From: the human T2T-CHM13v2.0 reference genome, Homo sapiens
Direction: 5' to 3' (one strand)
NCBI RefSeq assembly: GCF_009914755.1
Contig: NC_060932.1
DNA length: 64,000 nt
Both the position numbers and the translations under genes were made by a program. This document shows, piece after piece, positions 61,196-64,000 of this stretch (position 1 is the stretch's first letter; each line of letters begins with the position of its first letter). The notes under the pieces are model-generated. The model worked only from the letters and a program-made list of their open reading frames with translations, was not told where the DNA came from and searched no databases.

Positions 61196-62058
61196 GTTAT
61201 ATTGTATTAGAAATAGAAAGAGAATTTTATAGAAAACAGTAGTAAGGAGGAATTTAAAATAGCAAAAAAATAAAAACTTAAGAAGATTACAGAGGCTAAG
61301 TAATGTAACTAAGGTTGACTCAATAGCTATACTATGTATCAAACTTTAAATCATACATGTGTATTTTTAAGCAAACATGGAACATTTACATTAACTTGTC
61401 ACATATTAGGCCACAAAATAATTTCAATGTGTTTTTCAAGGAGAGTTTGTACAGGATGTGTTTGTAAAATTATTATAATAAAAATGGAAATTAATAACCA
61501 ATGGAGAAGTAAAAATAACCTCTTCCAAATAATTACTGAATCAAAGAGTATATCAAAACTGCAATTACCAATTATTTACAAAATGAAACCATGAGAACCT
61601 GACATATCAAAATGGGTGAATTTCCATCAAAGATATACTCGTAGGAAAATTGAATGCCTTAACATTTTCATTCCTAAATCAGTAAGAATGAAATAAATGA
61701 ACTAAACATTCAGTTGAGGAAATTGGAAAGTGAACCCCAAAACGAACTTCAACAAAGTGGGATTATATTGATAAATTTTAATTTTTTTAATATTTTTAAA
61801 AATTATTCTATTAATGAGCTGAAATAAATATATTTATAAATATACACAAGTGTTAGTTCTTTGAAAAAGAAAATAACATGGAAAAATTTCTGGCTAGTCT
61901 ACTCAAGAGAAAAAGTAAAAGCAAAAGTCCACAGTTATATAACGTAGGAAAGGGAAAGTGGATGTATCTATATAGAAAAATTAGACATTACAATAAAATA
62001 TAATACTCACTGCTTTCACATGTTAACATTTACTGAAGGGTTTCTATCAACAGACACT

Positions 62059-62530
62059 TGTCTTCTCACTTGGTTTTCAAAAGCCCAGTGACATTGCAGG
62101 TGGGATTAAATATACAAGGGATTTATTGAGGGAGAACACCTGTGAGAGGCTAATGGAAGAGTGTTGAAAAAGTCCAGGAAAGTCATCACGTGGAGGGGCA
62201 GAGTTGACTCTTGTGGAGGAGAAAGGGAAGGAAGGAGGGAAGGAAGGAAGGAAGGAAGGAAGGAAGGAAGGAAGGAAGGAAGGAAGGAAGGAAGGAAGGA
62301 AGGAAACTGGAATAGAATGAGCCTTAGACTGTAATGCAGTTATAAGATAGTCTGGGCAAGGCTGATGGGAGTCCTCAAGGGAAAGAGAGTACCCACTAGA
62401 GGAGCCCCTGGCATCTCAGAACCTGGACTGCTTTAGAATCCCTGCTTTGCTCTGTCATCGCTGGGAGCACCTGTGGGAAGCCTGGCCTCAGCTTGGACAC
62501 TATTGGATTTAGAACATAGCACTTCAGGGA
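62059..62530 (-). mobile_element. LTR16C-like ERVL solo LTR
   Basis: GATTTATTGAGGGAGAACACCTGTGA and CCTTAGACTGTAATGCAG...GGCTGATGGGAGTCC resemble reverse LTR16. Confidence 0.6.
62226..62305 (+). repeat. (GGAA)n microsatellite, 17 uninterrupted units at 62238-62305
   Basis: Read directly. Confidence 0.97.
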
Positions 62531-64000
62531 CATAAAGGAGACTTGAATAATTGTAGAAAAATGCCATTCTACTCCTACATGAAAATATTCAATGAGTCAA
62601 AATTTCACTCCTCCTCAATTTGGATTACACAATTCTATAAAATATCCAATAGAATTTGGAAATGACCTAGAAAATTGTTTTTAAAGTTTTTCTTTTGTTC
62701 TGGATTGCTAACTTCATGGTTGGCCATGATAAATTTGAGCCAAAATAAAATTATTTTAGAAGAGTTATTCTATTTTATTTTAAAGCATAAAAGTATATTT
62801 ATTAAAATAATACTGGAACAGGTATGAAAATATAGATTAGTGGGACAGAAAAGAAAATCACAGAAAACTGTAATATATGCACAAGGATGTATTATGTGTT
62901 AAAGAAATTTAGAACATTCAATGTGGAAAAAAGAAGGATTACACAAAAATACTAACAAATAACTGGTTTGTAATAATTTAAAATCAGAATCTTACCTCAA
63001 TCCATACATCCAAATGAATTCCAGATGGAGTAGTTAAACCTAGGGCAGGAAATAAAATCCAAGAGTTTCAGAAGAAGCAACAGATAAATATTTATATAAC
63101 TGTGTGGTAGGGGAAAATTTTCCAAACATTAAACCAAAAACAGAGGCCTTAAAGGAAAAAAAATACTAGATTTAACTAAATAAAATTTTTAAATATCTGT
63201 GCATCAGAAAATGACAAAACAAAAATAAATAAATATAACTAATTGGGATAAATATGTCCCAAACTATTTCAAAAGTTAAATAACCTCCTGATATGAAGAG
63301 CAAGAGTAAATTAATAAGAAAAAGGTAAACATTCCAATAGAGCAAATAAATAAGGGATGTTAGCAGCGAATTCACAAAGTAAGAAATATAGACGCAAAAA
63401 ATTATTTTTCATGTGTTTAGTCTTACTAATAATGAAAGAAATACAAATAAAACCAATGAAATTCAATTATTGGAATCTATGTTTGAAAAGATGATGCTAT
63501 CCTGGAATGGTGAGGGTAGAGAAAATGGTATAGCGTTGGTGTAAAGTGTGAAGTGGATTAACTTTATGCGAGGTAGTTTGGCAGTATATTTCAAAAGTCT
63601 TAGATTTTTATATCCTTTTTGAGCTAACAATTCTTGGAATGTATCCTAGGGGATTAATTATGAATGTATGCAAAAAACTTGTCCTCATGGGTAAACACCC
63701 CCTCACTGTTTTTGTAAGTCAGTACACACATTTTGAGAAAGAAACAGTCAAAATACTCATTGTCAAAAAATATTAATTTGATTAGTTATGATATGTGCTT
63801 ACAAATGAATATTAATACAACCATTGAAACACACTGTTGTAAGAGAAAAATTAATAACATGAAAAAATGTTAATGACACAATTTCAAATGGAAAAAGCAG
63901 ATTACAAAAAGTATACGCCAAATGATTCAATTTTAGAAATACTTTAGAATATATATGCAAAGACAGGTACGCATGCATAGAACAAAGATTGGAAAGCTAT

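Larger units (their letters stand above)
60480..64000 (+). mobile_element. Very old L1 ORF2 to 3'UTR remnant, interrupted by L2 and LTR16
   Basis: Endonuclease motifs EGHF.LVKGTIHNE (about 60652-60695) and HGTFTLTCHILGHK (ORF 61334-61594); ORF2 tail and 3'UTR from about 63100. Confidence 0.7.

Overview
Primate (human-like; AluY, THE1 and MADE1 imply a simian, probably catarrhine, genome) non-coding DNA: about 64 kb of intergenic or deep-intronic sequence dominated by interspersed repeats. I count 16 Alu/FLAM copies, many old L1 fragments, L2, MIR, solo LTRs (THE1, MLT1, MLT2, MER66, MER54, MER93/MER57-like, LTR16) and DNA-transposon fossils (Tigger2a, MER2, MADE1, MER20, MER1, Charlie1). No protein-coding gene, RNA gene, CpG island or CRISPR array is supportable. 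The supplied ORFs are Alu-derived, microsatellite-derived, decayed LINE remnants or chance ORFs. I found no convincing novel biological system. The most interesting structures are: (i) a nest at 20.2-20.8 kb (95-bp tandem duplication > THE1 solo LTR > MADE1 miR-548-type hairpin); (ii) a TSD-bounded L1 lacking nearly all of ORF2; (iii) an unnamed 1.3-kb hAT-like insert; (iv) a collapsed, TSD-flanked L1PA 3' end; (v) candidate regulatory elements (repeat-poor block with HOX13/CDX-type sites, perfect RFX X-box in MER66, CCAATx3+TATA LTR, CpG-retaining pocket, (GGAA)17). Repeat family names come from recalled consensus sequences, not a database search, and boundaries of old repeats are approximate.
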